Source of the DNA: Verrucomicrobiota bacterium | Lineage (GTDB): Bacteria; Verrucomicrobiota; Verrucomicrobiia; Limisphaerales; SXQI01 | Direction of reading: 5' to 3' | Assembly (NCBI GenBank): GCA_033762115.1 | Contig: JANRLX010000103.1 | Span: forward strand, 25,886 to 89,885 | Length of the DNA stretch: 64,000 bases | Shown: positions 8,738 to 18,100 of the stretch, piece by piece | Layout of the letters: each line of letters opens with the position of its first letter | Numbering within the stretch: the stretch's first letter is position 1 | The notes under the pieces: model-generated | Databases searched by the model: none | Told to the model about the DNA's origin: nothing | The model's input: the letters and a program-made list of their open reading frames with translations, nothing else | Made by a program: the position numbers and the translations under genes

Positions 8738-9793
8738 ATGGGAATACTTGATTTTATCCGTGGGGAGTTGATCGAAATCATCGAGTGGAATGATGATTCA
8801 CGAGATACCCTGGCGGTTCGTTTTCCGGACAATGACCGGGAGATCAAACGTGGCGCGCAACTGATCGTCCGCGAATCCCAGGTGGCGCAGTTTGTTTACC
8901 TGGGACAGTTCGGCGATACCTTTGGTCCGGGAAAACATTCGCTCGTCACTGAGAACATTCCAATTCTCACCACGCTTGCCTCCTGGAAGTACGGATTTGA
9001 AAGCCCTTTCAAGGCGGATGTTTATTACGTCGTCACCCGCAAATTCACCGGGAACAAATGGGGAACATCAAACCCGGTCATGTTGCGTGACAACGATTTT
9101 GGGGTGGTTCGCGCCCGGGCGTTTGGCACTTACGATTTTCAGATTGTCGATCCACGGACATTTCTGCGGGAGGTCGCCGGGACTGACCATCATTTCCGCC
9201 TCAATGAATTTGAGGAAACGATGCGGTCGCGGCTGGTCAGCGTGTTCAGCGAAGCGCTCGCGCAATCGGGCGTGCCTGTGATGGAGATTGCACGACGCTA
9301 CACGGAATTGGGGGAATCACTCCTGCCGTTGATCAACCCAATGACCAAAGCGAAGTATGGCCTGGAAATAACCAGCTTTGTGGTGGAGAACGTCTCCGTG
9401 CCGCCGGAGGTGGAGCAGGCGATTGACAAACGGGCGAGCATGTCTGCGATCAAGGACCTGAACGAATATGTGAAATACCAGATGGCCCAGGGGATAGGCC
9501 AGGGACAAAGCGTGGCCGCTGGGACCGCCACGGAACTGGCGGTGGGAATGGCCCTCGCCCAGCAGTTCATGCAACAGCAGGGAGGCTTGCTCGGCAAACC
9601 GGCCGCTGCAACGCCCTCCCCTGCCGCGGCTGGGGTCGGTTTTGATCTTTTGACCCCCGCCGCTGCGGCTGAGTTGCTGGGTGTTGCGGAAGCGGATGTG
9701 TTGGCCAGCATCAGTTCCGGGGAACTCAAGGCAAAGAAAATCGGGAGCACGTATCGGGTGACCCGCGCAGCCCTGGAAGAGTTTTTGAAGTAG
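8738..9793 (+). CDS. SPFH/band-7 domain protein (YdjI-like) with a C-terminal excisionase-type HTH
   Basis: EIIEW...QLIVRESQ...FGPGKHSLVTENIP...KWGTSNP...RAFGTY; C-terminus LLTPAAAAELLGV...GELKAKKIGSTYRV. Confidence 0.85.
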   Translation: MGILDFIRGELIEIIEWNDDSRDTLAVRFPDNDREIKRGAQLIVRESQVAQFVYLGQFGDTFGPGKHSLVTENIPILTTLASWKYGFESPFKADVYYVVTRKFTGNKWGTSNPVMLRDNDFGVVRARAFGTYDFQIVDPRTFLREVAGTDHHFRLNEFEETMRSRLVSVFSEALAQSGVPVMEIARRYTELGESLLPLINPMTKAKYGLEITSFVVENVSVPPEVEQAIDKRASMSAIKDLNEYVKYQMAQGIGQGQSVAAGTATELAVGMALAQQFMQQQGGLLGKPAAATPSPAAAGVGFDLLTPAAAAELLGVAEADVLASISSGELKAKKIGSTYRVTRAALEEFLK

Positions 9794-9817
9794 GCTGCTG
9801 CGGTCCCTTCTTCCGCC

Positions 9818-10903
9818 ATGGCCGAAAGTGTAGCCAGAGAGAAATTCGCCTGTCCGAGCTGCGGCGCTGACGCTCATTGGAACCCGCAACGGCATGCATT
9901 AGTCTGTTCCTATTGTGGAACAGTTGCGCCGGGCGAATATGGCAGCGGCGACGTGCGGGAGCTGGACCTGGTCACGGCGTTGCGGCAAATCCCGGAGGAG
10001 AAACGGGGTTGGAAAGCGGAAAAGAGATCGGTAAAATGCCAAAGTTGCCAGGCAATTTCCGTTGTTGATCCGGAGCGGGTGGCGCAACGCTGCGAATTCT
10101 GCGGTTCTGCCCAGATCATTCCCTATGACCAGATCAAAGCGCCGGTCTCACCGGAAAGCCTCCTGCCGTTGAAAGTGCCGGAAACGGTTGTCCGTGAAGA
10201 TTTACGCCGCTGGTATGGGAGCCGCTGGTTTGCCCCTTCGCGATTGAAAACAGACGCCGCCACCGACCAGATCAAGGGAATTTACCTGCCGTACTGGACC
10301 TTTGACGCCCAGGCCCAGGCTCATTGGAGTGCGGATTCCGGATATTATTATTACACAAGTGAAACCTACCGGGACGCCCAGGGGAACACCAGGACAAGAC
10401 GGGTCCGACATGTCCGCTGGCAGGCGAGTTCCGGCTCGCTCAATCACTTTTTTGATGATGAGCTGGTTCCTGCAACCAAAGGGGTGGACATGACCCTTCT
10501 TCGGAAAGTTGAGCCTTTTCCCACGAAGGAACTGGTTCCTTTCAGCGCGGGGTTCATTGCCGGTTGGGTGGTGGAACAATACCAGATCGACCTTGTCGGC
10601 GCGGCACAGCACGCACGGCAGCAAATGGAATCCACCCTGCATGGACTTTGCGCAAAGCAGGTGCCGGGAGACACTTATCGCAACCTGTCGGTGCGGAGCC
10701 AGTTTGGGCAGCAAACCTTCAAGCATATCCTGCTTCCGGTCTGGCTGGTGAGTTATGTATATGGGGGCAGGACATTTCAGGTCATTGTCAATGGATATAC
10801 CGGGACAATTGCCGGTAAACATCCGCTCAGCCCGTGGAAAATAGCGGCCTTGATTTTCGTTCTGCTGATTGCGGCTTTGCTCTTTCTGCTTTTCAACCGA
10901 TAG
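9818..10903 (+). CDS. Zinc-ribbon membrane protein (YdjG-like)
   Basis: Four CxxC pairs (CPSCG, CSYCG, CQSCQ, CEFCG), YLPYW, LLPVW, VNGYTG and a C-terminal TM helix. Confidence 0.8.
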   Translation: MAESVAREKFACPSCGADAHWNPQRHALVCSYCGTVAPGEYGSGDVRELDLVTALRQIPEEKRGWKAEKRSVKCQSCQAISVVDPERVAQRCEFCGSAQIIPYDQIKAPVSPESLLPLKVPETVVREDLRRWYGSRWFAPSRLKTDAATDQIKGIYLPYWTFDAQAQAHWSADSGYYYYTSETYRDAQGNTRTRRVRHVRWQASSGSLNHFFDDELVPATKGVDMTLLRKVEPFPTKELVPFSAGFIAGWVVEQYQIDLVGAAQHARQQMESTLHGLCAKQVPGDTYRNLSVRSQFGQQTFKHILLPVWLVSYVYGGRTFQVIVNGYTGTIAGKHPLSPWKIAALIFVLLIAALLFLLFNR

Positions 10904-11034
10904 AGCAGATGAATGACGGTTGCCGGATGAAAAATCTGTAACGATTGAAAAGTTGTATCCAACTGGCATTCATTGTGCTAGGTTAGTTACATGTTAACCA
11001 ACAGTCATCCCCAACTGACAGGGGGAGGATTGAA

Positions 11035-11052
11035 GTTACAATTTCGTTACAA
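11035..11052. promoter_or_regulatory. Tandem GTTACAA repeats at 11-bp period (OmpR/PhoB-family-type binding site)
   Basis: GTTACAA at 11035 and 11046, in AT-rich DNA upstream of the VTC gene. Confidence 0.5.
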
Positions 11053-11092
11053 TTATTGAAATATCGGAAAAATGATGGGTTAAGGAACTGAG

Positions 11093-11941
11093 ATGTCCAC
11101 TGATCGTCTCCAACTTCAACGGTTTGAGCTCAAGTATATCATTCCAGAAGAAACGGCTCTGGCAATCCGCAGCTTTGTTGGTTCCTACCTTGAAATTGAT
11201 GAATTCGGGGCGACTCTCCCCAATCTTTCCTACCCTGTTCACAGCCTTTACCTGGATTCGGATGACCTGAGCACGTATCGCTCGACCATTAACGGGGACA
11301 AAAATCGATATAAACTTCGGCTTCGCTTTTACGATAATCGGCCGGAGGCGCCGGTTTTTTTTGAAATCAAACGGCGGGTAAACAATACCATTTCCAAGCA
11401 ACGCGGCGGAGTGCGCCGGGATTGTGTGGACAGCCTGCTGGCGGGGCAGTTGCCTGGACCGCAGCATCTGATTTCAAAAGATCCGAAACAATTGCTCGCC
11501 ATCCAGAATTTTTGCCGATTGATGATGGATATTCGTGCGACTCCCAAGGCCCATATTTTTTATTATCGCGAGGCCTGGATCAGCCGCCTGGATAATTCAG
11601 TGCGGGTGACGATGGACCGGCATGTGGCCTGTGATCCTGAACCGACATCCCGCCTTTCAACGGAGCTGGTGAACCCCGTAAAAGTGTTTGGGAACAAGGT
11701 GGTGCTCGAACTGAAATTTACAAATCGGTTCCCTGACTGGTTCAAGGAACTGACCCGGGTATTTGGGTTGATGCAATGCGGAGCAGCCAAGTATGCGGAT
11801 GGGGTGGCCCTGGCGGGAGAGCATCGTATCCGTCAAGCCTTTGCTTATATGGGCGTGGTCGGAGAGAACTTGACGAACAGGGCCACTCGGCCACAAATAA
11901 CAGCAACACCTGCCCTGACCGAATTGCAGGCTCTTAAATAA
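11093..11941 (+). CDS. VTC (polyphosphate polymerase) domain protein
   Basis: RFELKY, HSLYLDS, RYKLRLRFY, FFEIKRR, YYREAW, VRVTMD, VLELKF and AKY motifs. Confidence 0.9.
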   Translation: MSTDRLQLQRFELKYIIPEETALAIRSFVGSYLEIDEFGATLPNLSYPVHSLYLDSDDLSTYRSTINGDKNRYKLRLRFYDNRPEAPVFFEIKRRVNNTISKQRGGVRRDCVDSLLAGQLPGPQHLISKDPKQLLAIQNFCRLMMDIRATPKAHIFYYREAWISRLDNSVRVTMDRHVACDPEPTSRLSTELVNPVKVFGNKVVLELKFTNRFPDWFKELTRVFGLMQCGAAKYADGVALAGEHRIRQAFAYMGVVGENLTNRATRPQITATPALTELQALK

Positions 11942-11944
11942 TCG

Positions 11945-12631
11945 ATGAGCGACTGGTTATTTCGAGGGGATTTTGCCACTACCCCGGTGAATGTCCCGGC
12001 GATGGTGCTGGGACTGCTGCTTGCTTTTCTGGGCGGCCACCTGATTGCCTGGGTTTACATGTTGACCCACTCCGGTCTTTCCTATTCCAAAAGCTTTGTC
12101 AATTCCCTGATTGTGATTCCTGCGGTGGTTTCACTTGTGATGATGGTGCTCTCCAACAGCCTCGTGACTGCCTTCGGGTTGATGGCGGTTTTTGCGATTG
12201 TCCGTTTCCGGAACATTCTTCGGGATACGCTGGACACGACCTACATTCTCAGCGTGATTGTCATGGGAATGGCGGCCGGAACTTCCAAGTTTTCCACCGC
12301 TGTGGTGGGGTGCCTGTTTACCTGCCTGATCATGCTTTATTTGTGGTATTCCGGCTTCGGTTCGCGACATCGCTACGACATGATCATCAACCTGCATTGG
12401 TCGAGACCCTTGAATGATCTTCCCTACCTGAAAAACCTCCTGAACCGGCACAGCCTGAAAACGCTTTGCGCCAGCCAGCGCTCCAATGAAGGGTATGAAG
12501 GCACGGATATTTCCTATCGTTTGCTGTTGCGCGACCCTGACCGGATGGAAGACCTGCTGGGAGAACTGCGCAGCTTGCAGGGGGTTTCACGTGTCACAGG
12601 GTTGAAGGCGGAAGAGGAATCTGAAATCTAA
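11945..12631 (+). CDS. DUF4956 membrane protein
   Basis: TM helices with AFGLMAVFAIVRFRN and GMAAG; usual neighbour of VTC genes. Confidence 0.9.
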   Translation: MSDWLFRGDFATTPVNVPAMVLGLLLAFLGGHLIAWVYMLTHSGLSYSKSFVNSLIVIPAVVSLVMMVLSNSLVTAFGLMAVFAIVRFRNILRDTLDTTYILSVIVMGMAAGTSKFSTAVVGCLFTCLIMLYLWYSGFGSRHRYDMIINLHWSRPLNDLPYLKNLLNRHSLKTLCASQRSNEGYEGTDISYRLLLRDPDRMEDLLGELRSLQGVSRVTGLKAEEESEI

Positions 12632-13728
12632 TGGAACCGTTACCTCCAATTCGCACGCCGGTCAAATCACGCTGGAGGGAGTTCCGTGTCCGGTTCCTGC
12701 CGGTGATTGTTTTTTCTGGTACGCTCGCCATCGCGATCTATCTATGGTCCATCAGCGTCAATCCCTCCACCCTTCTGGGTGAAGTTGAAATTGTTCAGTC
12801 GGAAATCATCAGCCCTGAATCGGCTGTGCTGACCAATCTGTTCGTGGAGCGTTACCAGGTGGTCAAAGCGGGAGAGGTACTGGCGGAACTGATCAGCACG
12901 GATACCCGGGTGGCGGGGACGGAAATGAGCACGTTAAGGACCCGCCTTTCACTGCGCGATTTTCAAACCGGGGCCATCCTCAATCGGGAACGGACCGCCT
13001 TCGATTACAATGCGATGAAGGTCGAGTATCTCGCCCACAAGATCGACCTGGCTGATTATGAAGCGCAGCTAAGCATTGCCGATGCGCTGGTGGAGCGCTT
13101 GAAAAACGGCGTGGGCGACCAGGTGATTTCGCAAAATGAATATGCGCTGGAGTTGCAGCGGCGTGATGCCCTTCGCGCCCGCGCAGAGACCACCCGAAGC
13201 CTGCTGGAGGAAATGAACCTGCGGCTGCTTCCCTCCGCTTATGTGACCAACACCTTTTCCCTCGCCGCGGAGTTGCAGCTCGAAGATTTCATGCAGGACC
13301 TCAGGGAGGAGGAGGAGCGGCTCGATGACATTACCCACAGGAAAATTGTCCTTCGCGCACCGTATGATTGTGTGGTTGCCCGGATTCATCGACGCAATGG
13401 GGAAAATCTTATTGCCGGCGAGCCGATCATCACATTGAACGCCACCAAAGCGGAAAAAATCATCGGTTATCTCAGGCAACCGCTTCCGATCATTCCTGCC
13501 GAAGGGATGCAGGTTCAGATTCGTACACGGTCATTACAACGGACGGAGGTTGTTTCCTCCATTGCGCAGGTGGGAAGAACTTATGAAGTCATCACCAATC
13601 TTTCGCTGTTGCGCCCCGGTTTTTCACAGGAAGTCGGTTTGCCGATTGCCGTTCACGTTCCTGCCGCGCTTGCCACTTTGCTGCCGGGAGAAATCGTGGA
13701 ACTGACCCTCCATTCCGCCAGCCAGTAA
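12631..13728 (+). CDS. HlyD-family membrane fusion (secretion) protein
   Basis: N-terminal TM, split lipoyl halves (VVKAGEVL; LRAPYDCVV...GENLIAGEPII) around a long coiled coil. Confidence 0.75.
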   Translation: MEPLPPIRTPVKSRWREFRVRFLPVIVFSGTLAIAIYLWSISVNPSTLLGEVEIVQSEIISPESAVLTNLFVERYQVVKAGEVLAELISTDTRVAGTEMSTLRTRLSLRDFQTGAILNRERTAFDYNAMKVEYLAHKIDLADYEAQLSIADALVERLKNGVGDQVISQNEYALELQRRDALRARAETTRSLLEEMNLRLLPSAYVTNTFSLAAELQLEDFMQDLREEEERLDDITHRKIVLRAPYDCVVARIHRRNGENLIAGEPIITLNATKAEKIIGYLRQPLPIIPAEGMQVQIRTRSLQRTEVVSSIAQVGRTYEVITNLSLLRPGFSQEVGLPIAVHVPAALATLLPGEIVELTLHSASQ

Positions 13729-13736
13729 TCCACTGC

Positions 13737-15023
13737 TTACGCGGTTTCTGTGCGGTGCAATTTCTCCTCCTCTTTCAACAGGGCCTTTTCCCGTTCAAAC
13801 AAAGTCGGATGCGAATAGTAAACCGCACTGTAAATCGGATGCGGGGTCAGGTTACTGAGGTTTTTCTCCGTCATTTTGCGGAGCGAGGTGATCAACGCGT
13901 GCGGGCCGTGGGTCATTCGGGAGGCGAAGGCATCCGCTTCGTACTCAAACCTCCTCGCGACAAAATTGCCGATTGGGGAAAAATAAAAAGTGATCGTCCC
14001 GCTGAGAAGGGTGAACAGGAGCAGGGCCGGGACAATGCTTCCCTGGGAGAAGCCGAAGGCGCGATAAAACCATTCCTGCTCCGCGAGCCAGGCCACCATG
14101 AAAAAACCGCCGAAACTCAGGATTGCGGAGCTGAACAACATTTTTGGAATGTGCCGTTTTTTGTAATGCCCGATTTCGTGAGCAAGGACTGCTTCAAGCT
14201 CAGCTTCATCCAGTTGTTGAACCAGCGTGTCAAACAGCACGATTTTTCTCCATTTGCTGAAGCCGGTGAAAAAAGCATTGGAGTGACGGCTTCGTTTGCT
14301 CCCATCCATCACGAGGATATTTTGCGCGTAGAAACCGGACCGTTCTCCAAGGGTCAGGAGCCGTTTCCGCAGCGAGCCTTCCTTCAATGGGATGAATTTG
14401 TTGAAGAGCGGCAGGATCAGGATTGGCGCGAGCACCATCATGATCAATTGAAACAGGAGCATTGCCGCCCAACCCCAGATCCACCAGTTTTGCCCGGTCC
14501 ACTCGACAATTTTTACCAGCAGCAGGAGCATCGGAATCCCGATCACCCCACCCAGCAACAGGGCCTTTGCCCGGTCGATCCACCAAAGTTTTTTGGTCAT
14601 GGTGTTGAACCCAAAACGCTCTTCGATGATGAACTGGGAGTACCATTCCAGCGGCATGCCGAGCAGGCTGAAAAGCACGCCGATAACAAATAGATAAGAA
14701 GATTGCACCAGCGCCCCTCGCCCGCCCTGTTCGATAAACCATTCGAACATTGCAGGCAGTAAACCGCTGAAAAGGACCAGTATCAGGATTGCGGCATTAA
14801 AGATAATCTCGAAGCTTTCAAACCTGCTTTTCGCCAGTGTATAGGCGACCGATTTTTCGTAAACCGCCGTGTCAAATTTTTCGGTCGAGACCCCGGAGGG
14901 AGGCGACTGACGCTGCCTGGAATATTTCCGGTTGATGGACTCCAGCCAAAGCTGGAGCGCCATTTTTCCAAGGACCAACAGCAGCGCACCGGCGCTCACA
15001 AATTCCGGTGACGTGAGCTTCAT
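13737..15023 (-). CDS. M48 (Ste24-like) integral membrane metalloprotease
   Basis: DGSKRSRHSNAFFTG, LAHEIGH, EYEADAFA, YSHPTL. Confidence 0.95.
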   Translation of the reverse strand: MKLTSPEFVSAGALLLVLGKMALQLWLESINRKYSRQRQSPPSGVSTEKFDTAVYEKSVAYTLAKSRFESFEIIFNAAILILVLFSGLLPAMFEWFIEQGGRGALVQSSYLFVIGVLFSLLGMPLEWYSQFIIEERFGFNTMTKKLWWIDRAKALLLGGVIGIPMLLLLVKIVEWTGQNWWIWGWAAMLLFQLIMMVLAPILILPLFNKFIPLKEGSLRKRLLTLGERSGFYAQNILVMDGSKRSRHSNAFFTGFSKWRKIVLFDTLVQQLDEAELEAVLAHEIGHYKKRHIPKMLFSSAILSFGGFFMVAWLAEQEWFYRAFGFSQGSIVPALLLFTLLSGTITFYFSPIGNFVARRFEYEADAFASRMTHGPHALITSLRKMTEKNLSNLTPHPIYSAVYYSHPTLFEREKALLKEEEKLHRTETA

Positions 15024-15036
15024 GGCTGCTGCGGGT

Positions 15037-16284
15037 TTAAAACTCGAATTTAGTGTCGCTCAATCGCCGGGCAATTTCTGCAAGCACGCGCGCTTCATCA
15101 TCCGCTCCTTTGGCAACAAACGTGACACTGAATCTCAGGTAATTTCCCGCATCATCCCACGGCACGGTGGAAATCAGTTTTTCCGTGATCAGCCATTGCG
15201 ACACTTCCTCCCCATTCTGGAACGGCACGCGCGTGCCATCCTGTTTGACTGCGGCTTTGGGCGCTTTGACATAGAGAAAAAATGAACCGTTCGGCTTCAC
15301 CGCGTTGAACCCGGCATTACGGAGCACCTTCACCAGCGAGTCCATCCGCCGGGAATACTTGGCCGCGATTTTTTCCGTGATTTCAGGATGATCCAGGCAG
15401 TAGGCAGCAGCGTGCTGGATCGCGAGGAACTGGCCGGAATCGGTATTATCCTTTGCATCCCCGTACGCCTTGACCAGAAGTTCATTGCCCACCACGAAGC
15501 CGCAACGCCATCCGGTCATGTTAAAACTCTTGCTTGTGGAATGCAGTTCGATTCCCACTTCCTTTGCGCCCGGTGTGGCGAGGAAGCTGAGCGGTTTTCC
15601 CTTGAAAACCAGCGAGGCATAGGCTGCGTCATGAATCACCACGAGGTTGTTCTTTTGCGCGAAACGGACCACTTCCTGGAAAAATTCCGGGGAAGCGCTG
15701 GCTCCGGTTGGGTTGTTGGGATAATTGATCACCAACACTTTTGCCTTGGCGAGAATCTCGGCAGGGATCGATTTCAGATCGGGCAAAAAGCGGTTTTCGG
15801 CAGTGAGTGGAAGCTGATGGACAAGCCCGCCATAATACTTCGAATGTGTGCCAAAAACCGGGTAACCGGGCGTGGTCATGAGCACGTAATCGCCGGGATT
15901 GATCAGCACCATCGGCAGGATGGAAAGCGCTGCCTTGCTCCCGATTGAATGCAGCACTTCAGTTTCAGGATTGATGCCGGGAACTCCACAGACTTTCTCC
16001 ATGTAACGGGCTGCGGCCTGTTTCAACACTGAATCGCCATTGTCCGCGTAGCCGCGATTTTCCGGTTTAAGTGCCTCCTGGTGAAGAACATTGATGACTT
16101 CCGGAAAAGCCATCTCATCCGGTTCACCCACTCCTATGTCGATAATTTCCGCGCTGGGGTTGGCAGCCAGGGCGGCGCGCTTGGCGCGTTTGATTTTTTC
16201 AAATTTATAAATCGCAGTGGATTTTCCGTAAAGACGGCCGCCAATCCGTTCGGCCAAAAGGCCTTGAATATATGAATCTGACAT
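15037..16284 (-). CDS. dapL: LL-diaminopimelate aminotransferase
   Basis: IYKFEKIKRAK, GVGEPD, NYPNNPTG, DAAY, SKSFNMTGWR, DNTDSGQF. Confidence 0.9.
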   Translation of the reverse strand: MSDSYIQGLLAERIGGRLYGKSTAIYKFEKIKRAKRAALAANPSAEIIDIGVGEPDEMAFPEVINVLHQEALKPENRGYADNGDSVLKQAAARYMEKVCGVPGINPETEVLHSIGSKAALSILPMVLINPGDYVLMTTPGYPVFGTHSKYYGGLVHQLPLTAENRFLPDLKSIPAEILAKAKVLVINYPNNPTGASASPEFFQEVVRFAQKNNLVVIHDAAYASLVFKGKPLSFLATPGAKEVGIELHSTSKSFNMTGWRCGFVVGNELLVKAYGDAKDNTDSGQFLAIQHAAAYCLDHPEITEKIAAKYSRRMDSLVKVLRNAGFNAVKPNGSFFLYVKAPKAAVKQDGTRVPFQNGEEVSQWLITEKLISTVPWDDAGNYLRFSVTFVAKGADDEARVLAEIARRLSDTKFEF

Positions 16285-16352
16285 ATAAAGCGGGCAGATT
16301 AGCTGCCGCCCGGAATCTTGCCAAATTTTTTGCGGAGAAATGTCGCCCCTCT

Positions 16353-16425
16353 AAAAAGAGGAAGCCGCCGCGAATATATCGGGCGGCTGCCATCCCAAAC
16401 AATAAACAAACAAACCTAGACTACA
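16353..16425 (-). ncRNA. Candidate ~70-nt small RNA between a sigma-28-like promoter and an intrinsic terminator
   Basis: Minus strand: GU-rich tract GGTTTGTTTGTTTATTGTTTGGG, stem AGCCGCC/GGCGGCT, then CTCTTTTT. No ORF. Confidence 0.5.
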
Positions 16426-16429
16426 GCTG

Positions 16430-16456
16430 ATATCGGCAGTTTTGGGAGAGGGTTTA
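16430..16456 (-). promoter_or_regulatory. Sigma-28/FliA-like promoter
   Basis: Minus strand TAAA-N15-GCCGATAT, one mismatch from the consensus TAAA-N15-GCCGATAA. Confidence 0.55.
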
Positions 16457-16525
16457 GCTCGAAAAAGAGGGAGAACGCGCAGTTCGCCATTGCCTTTCAG
16501 TGAGCATGCAAGAAAATGGCTTCCT

Positions 16526-17320
16526 ATGGTCCAATACCTGGATTTGCTGCGTCTTGTCCTCGATCAGGGAAAGTTCAAAGAAGATCGCACGGGCACAGGC
16601 ACTTACGCTATTTTTGGCGCGCAGGCACGCTTTCCCTTATCAGACGGTTTTCCACTCCTGACCACGAAAAAAGTCCATCTCCGGTCCATCATCTATGAAC
16701 TGCTCTGGTTTTTGCGGGGTGAGACCAATATCAAATATTTGAAGGAAAATGGGGTGACAATCTGGGATGAATGGGCGGATGCGGAGGGAAACCTGGGGCG
16801 GGTCTATGGAGCGCAATGGTGTGATTGGCGGACAGCGGATGGGCGGTCGATCAATCAGATCGACCGGGTGATTGAGCAGATCAAAACCAAACCCGATAGC
16901 CGCCGGTTAATTGTGAGTGCCTGGAATGTGGGTGAGATTGAACAAATGGCGTTGCCGCCGTGCCACGCGTTTTTCCAATTTTTTGTGCAGGAGGGAGAGC
17001 TAAGCTGCCAGTTGTATCAGCGCAGCGCCGACCTGTTCCTCGGGGTGCCGTTCAACATTGCGAGTTACGCGTTATTGACGATGATGGTGGCGCAGGTGAC
17101 GAATCTGCGGCCCGGGACATTTGTGCATACGTTCGGGGACCTGCATCTTTACAGTAACCACCTGGAACAGGCGAAACTGCAATTGTCGCGCGAACCGCGC
17201 CCGCTTCCGCAAATGCGGCTGAATCCCTCGATCAAAAACATCCACGATTTCAAGTATGAGGATTTTGAACTGATGAATTACGATCCACATCCGGGAATCA
17301 AAGCACCGATTGCGGTTTAG
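16526..17320 (+). CDS. thyA: Thymidylate synthase
   Basis: [37 protein letters not shown]; 264 aa from ATG 16526. Confidence 0.98.
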   Translation: MVQYLDLLRLVLDQGKFKEDRTGTGTYAIFGAQARFPLSDGFPLLTTKKVHLRSIIYELLWFLRGETNIKYLKENGVTIWDEWADAEGNLGRVYGAQWCDWRTADGRSINQIDRVIEQIKTKPDSRRLIVSAWNVGEIEQMALPPCHAFFQFFVQEGELSCQLYQRSADLFLGVPFNIASYALLTMMVAQVTNLRPGTFVHTFGDLHLYSNHLEQAKLQLSREPRPLPQMRLNPSIKNIHDFKYEDFELMNYDPHPGIKAPIAV

Positions 17321-17338
17321 TTACGGTGCTGAGAAGCG

Positions 17339-18100
17339 ATGCCAATGATTGATCTTCAAACCATTGTGACGTGGTGCGACGGGGAGTTGCGGACGGCGGA
17401 GGTGACTGATTATCCGGGCGCGGTCAATGGGTTGCAGGTGGCGAATTCGGGCAAGGTCAGAAAAATCGCGGCGGCTGTGGATGGCACGTTGCGAACGGCG
17501 CAAATGGCCGTTGCGGACGGGGCCAGCCTGCTGCTGGTGCATCACGGTTTTTTCTGGGGCCAATCGCATCCCTGGACAGGGAAACGATATGAGTTGATCA
17601 AGCTGCTGACCGAACATGACCTGGCCGTTTACAGTTCACACCTGCCATTGGACGTCCATCCCAGATATGGCAACAACAGTCAGCTGGCGCGGGCGATGGG
17701 ATTCAAAAAACTGGCTCCCTTTTTTTTCGAGAAAGGACAACACTTGGGGATCCGCACGGAACTTTCCATTTCCCGCAAGGCCCTTGTGGAGCAGCTGGCC
17801 AAAGCCGTGGGGGGAGCGGTCAGGCTGGTTCCCGGCGGACCGGAAAAATGTCGAAAAATCGGGATTGTCACAGGCGGGGCGGGTGACAGTGTAAAGATCG
17901 CTGCCGCAGAAGGGGTGGATACATTCATCACAGGGGAAGGGCGGCATTGGACCTACGCGCTCGCAGAGGAATTGGGGATCAACCTTCTTTACGCCGGGCA
18001 TTATGCGACTGAGACTTTTGGGGTGAAGGCGTTGGGCGCGGAGTTATCGCGCCGGTTCAAACTGCCCTGGACATTCCTGGATCATCCCACCGGATTGTGA
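17339..18100 (+). CDS. Nif3-like dinuclear metal center protein (YbgI family)
   Basis: NGLQV, VHHG, HLPLDVHP, TGE, GHYATE. Confidence 0.92.
   Translation: MPMIDLQTIVTWCDGELRTAEVTDYPGAVNGLQVANSGKVRKIAAAVDGTLRTAQMAVADGASLLLVHHGFFWGQSHPWTGKRYELIKLLTEHDLAVYSSHLPLDVHPRYGNNSQLARAMGFKKLAPFFFEKGQHLGIRTELSISRKALVEQLAKAVGGAVRLVPGGPEKCRKIGIVTGGAGDSVKIAAAEGVDTFITGEGRHWTYALAEELGINLLYAGHYATETFGVKALGAELSRRFKLPWTFLDHPTGL

Noticed and set aside
13755..14693. Long antisense or alternate-frame ORFs (also 23697-24602, 43553-44305, 62796-63650 and others)
   Set aside because: They overlap genes with clear family motifs and are the shadow ORFs expected in GC-rich DNA.
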